From Prorocentrum cordatum (lineage: Eukaryota): a stretch of DNA of 57,609 bases. Below are positions 57,050-57,609 of this stretch, in pieces (the stretch's first letter is position 1; the number at the start of each line of letters is the position of its first letter). The notes under the pieces were generated by a model. It was not told the DNA's origin, did not search any database, and saw nothing but the letters and a program-made list of their open reading frames with translations. The DNA is taken from assembly GCA_963575745.1 (NCBI GenBank), contig CAUYUJ010000011.1, positions 62,001-119,609 of the forward strand, in the 5' to 3' direction. The position numbers were made by a program, and so were the translations under genes.

Positions 57050-57330
57050 TACTAATACACATATTTACTCATACCCAGGCCTACTCATACTCATACCTTC
57101 TCATGTTTTGACTTACTCAACACACAACATGCAGGCCTACTCATACTTAGACTTACTCATGCTGGGACTCCTTCATACCCAGACTTACTCATACCCAGAC
57201 TCGCTCCCAGACCTGCTCATACACAGACTTACTCATACTCAGACCTACACATCTTCAGACCTTCTGTTAGTCTGAGTTACTCAACGTACGGACTGAGACC
57301 TACTCATACTCAGACCTAGTCATACTCAGA
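57050..57330. repeat. Short-unit repeat (gacttactcatac(t/c)ca)
   Basis: Recurring actcatac/cagac motif. Confidence 0.8.
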
Positions 57331-57338
57331 CTCGCAAG

Positions 57339-57609
57339 GGGAGCCGCCAGGGGTGTTTTCACGGGCCCGTTCGCGGCCAGTTTGTGGGGATGTCGCATGC
57401 GGTTTGCTCGTTTCCATGCCCAACATCCTTGGCTGTCAGAGCAGATTGTGAGGATGCCGCAGGCGCGGCGCTGGTTTCAGCACCCCTCAGGGGAGCCGCC
57501 AGGGGTGCTTTCACGGGCCCGTTCAGGGCCAATTTGTGGGGATGTCCCATGCGGTTTGCTCGTGTTCATGCCCAACATCCTTGGCTCAGAGCAGATTGTG
57601 GGGATGTCT
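57339..57609. repeat. ~152-bp tandem repeat, truncated by the window end
   Basis: gggagccgccaggggtg.tttcacgggcccgttc begins at ~57339 and again at ~57491. Confidence 0.85.

Overview
This is GC-rich, microsatellite-laden eukaryotic genomic DNA with two 100-N gaps. An exact dinoflagellate spliced-leader (DinoSL) 22-mer and GC/GA splice donors indicate a dinoflagellate; a Prorocentrum-like origin is inferred. Most ORFs in the track are artefacts of low-complexity sequence. Four things are well supported. (1) A five-exon minus-strand gene (29856->23382, about 600 aa) for a secreted protein with a Cys-rich module, two PAN/Apple-like modules and an EEP (endonuclease/exonuclease/phosphatase) domain; its introns are largely TIR elements, and one element nearly coincides with an intron. 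(2) A full-length, recently inactivated non-LTR retrotransposon (34151-40271, +; Zn-finger/coiled-coil ORF1, APE-RT-RNase H ORF2) whose first 22 nt are a perfect DinoSL, lying inside a target-site duplication in a (CCT)n tract. (3) An older, diverged relative (about 12300-18870, -) that also begins with a decayed DinoSL, plus a third 3' LINE fragment and a gag-like relic. (4) Many satellites and MITE/foldback elements. The most interesting signal is the SL-headed LINE family, which may rely on host trans-splicing to regenerate its 5' end.
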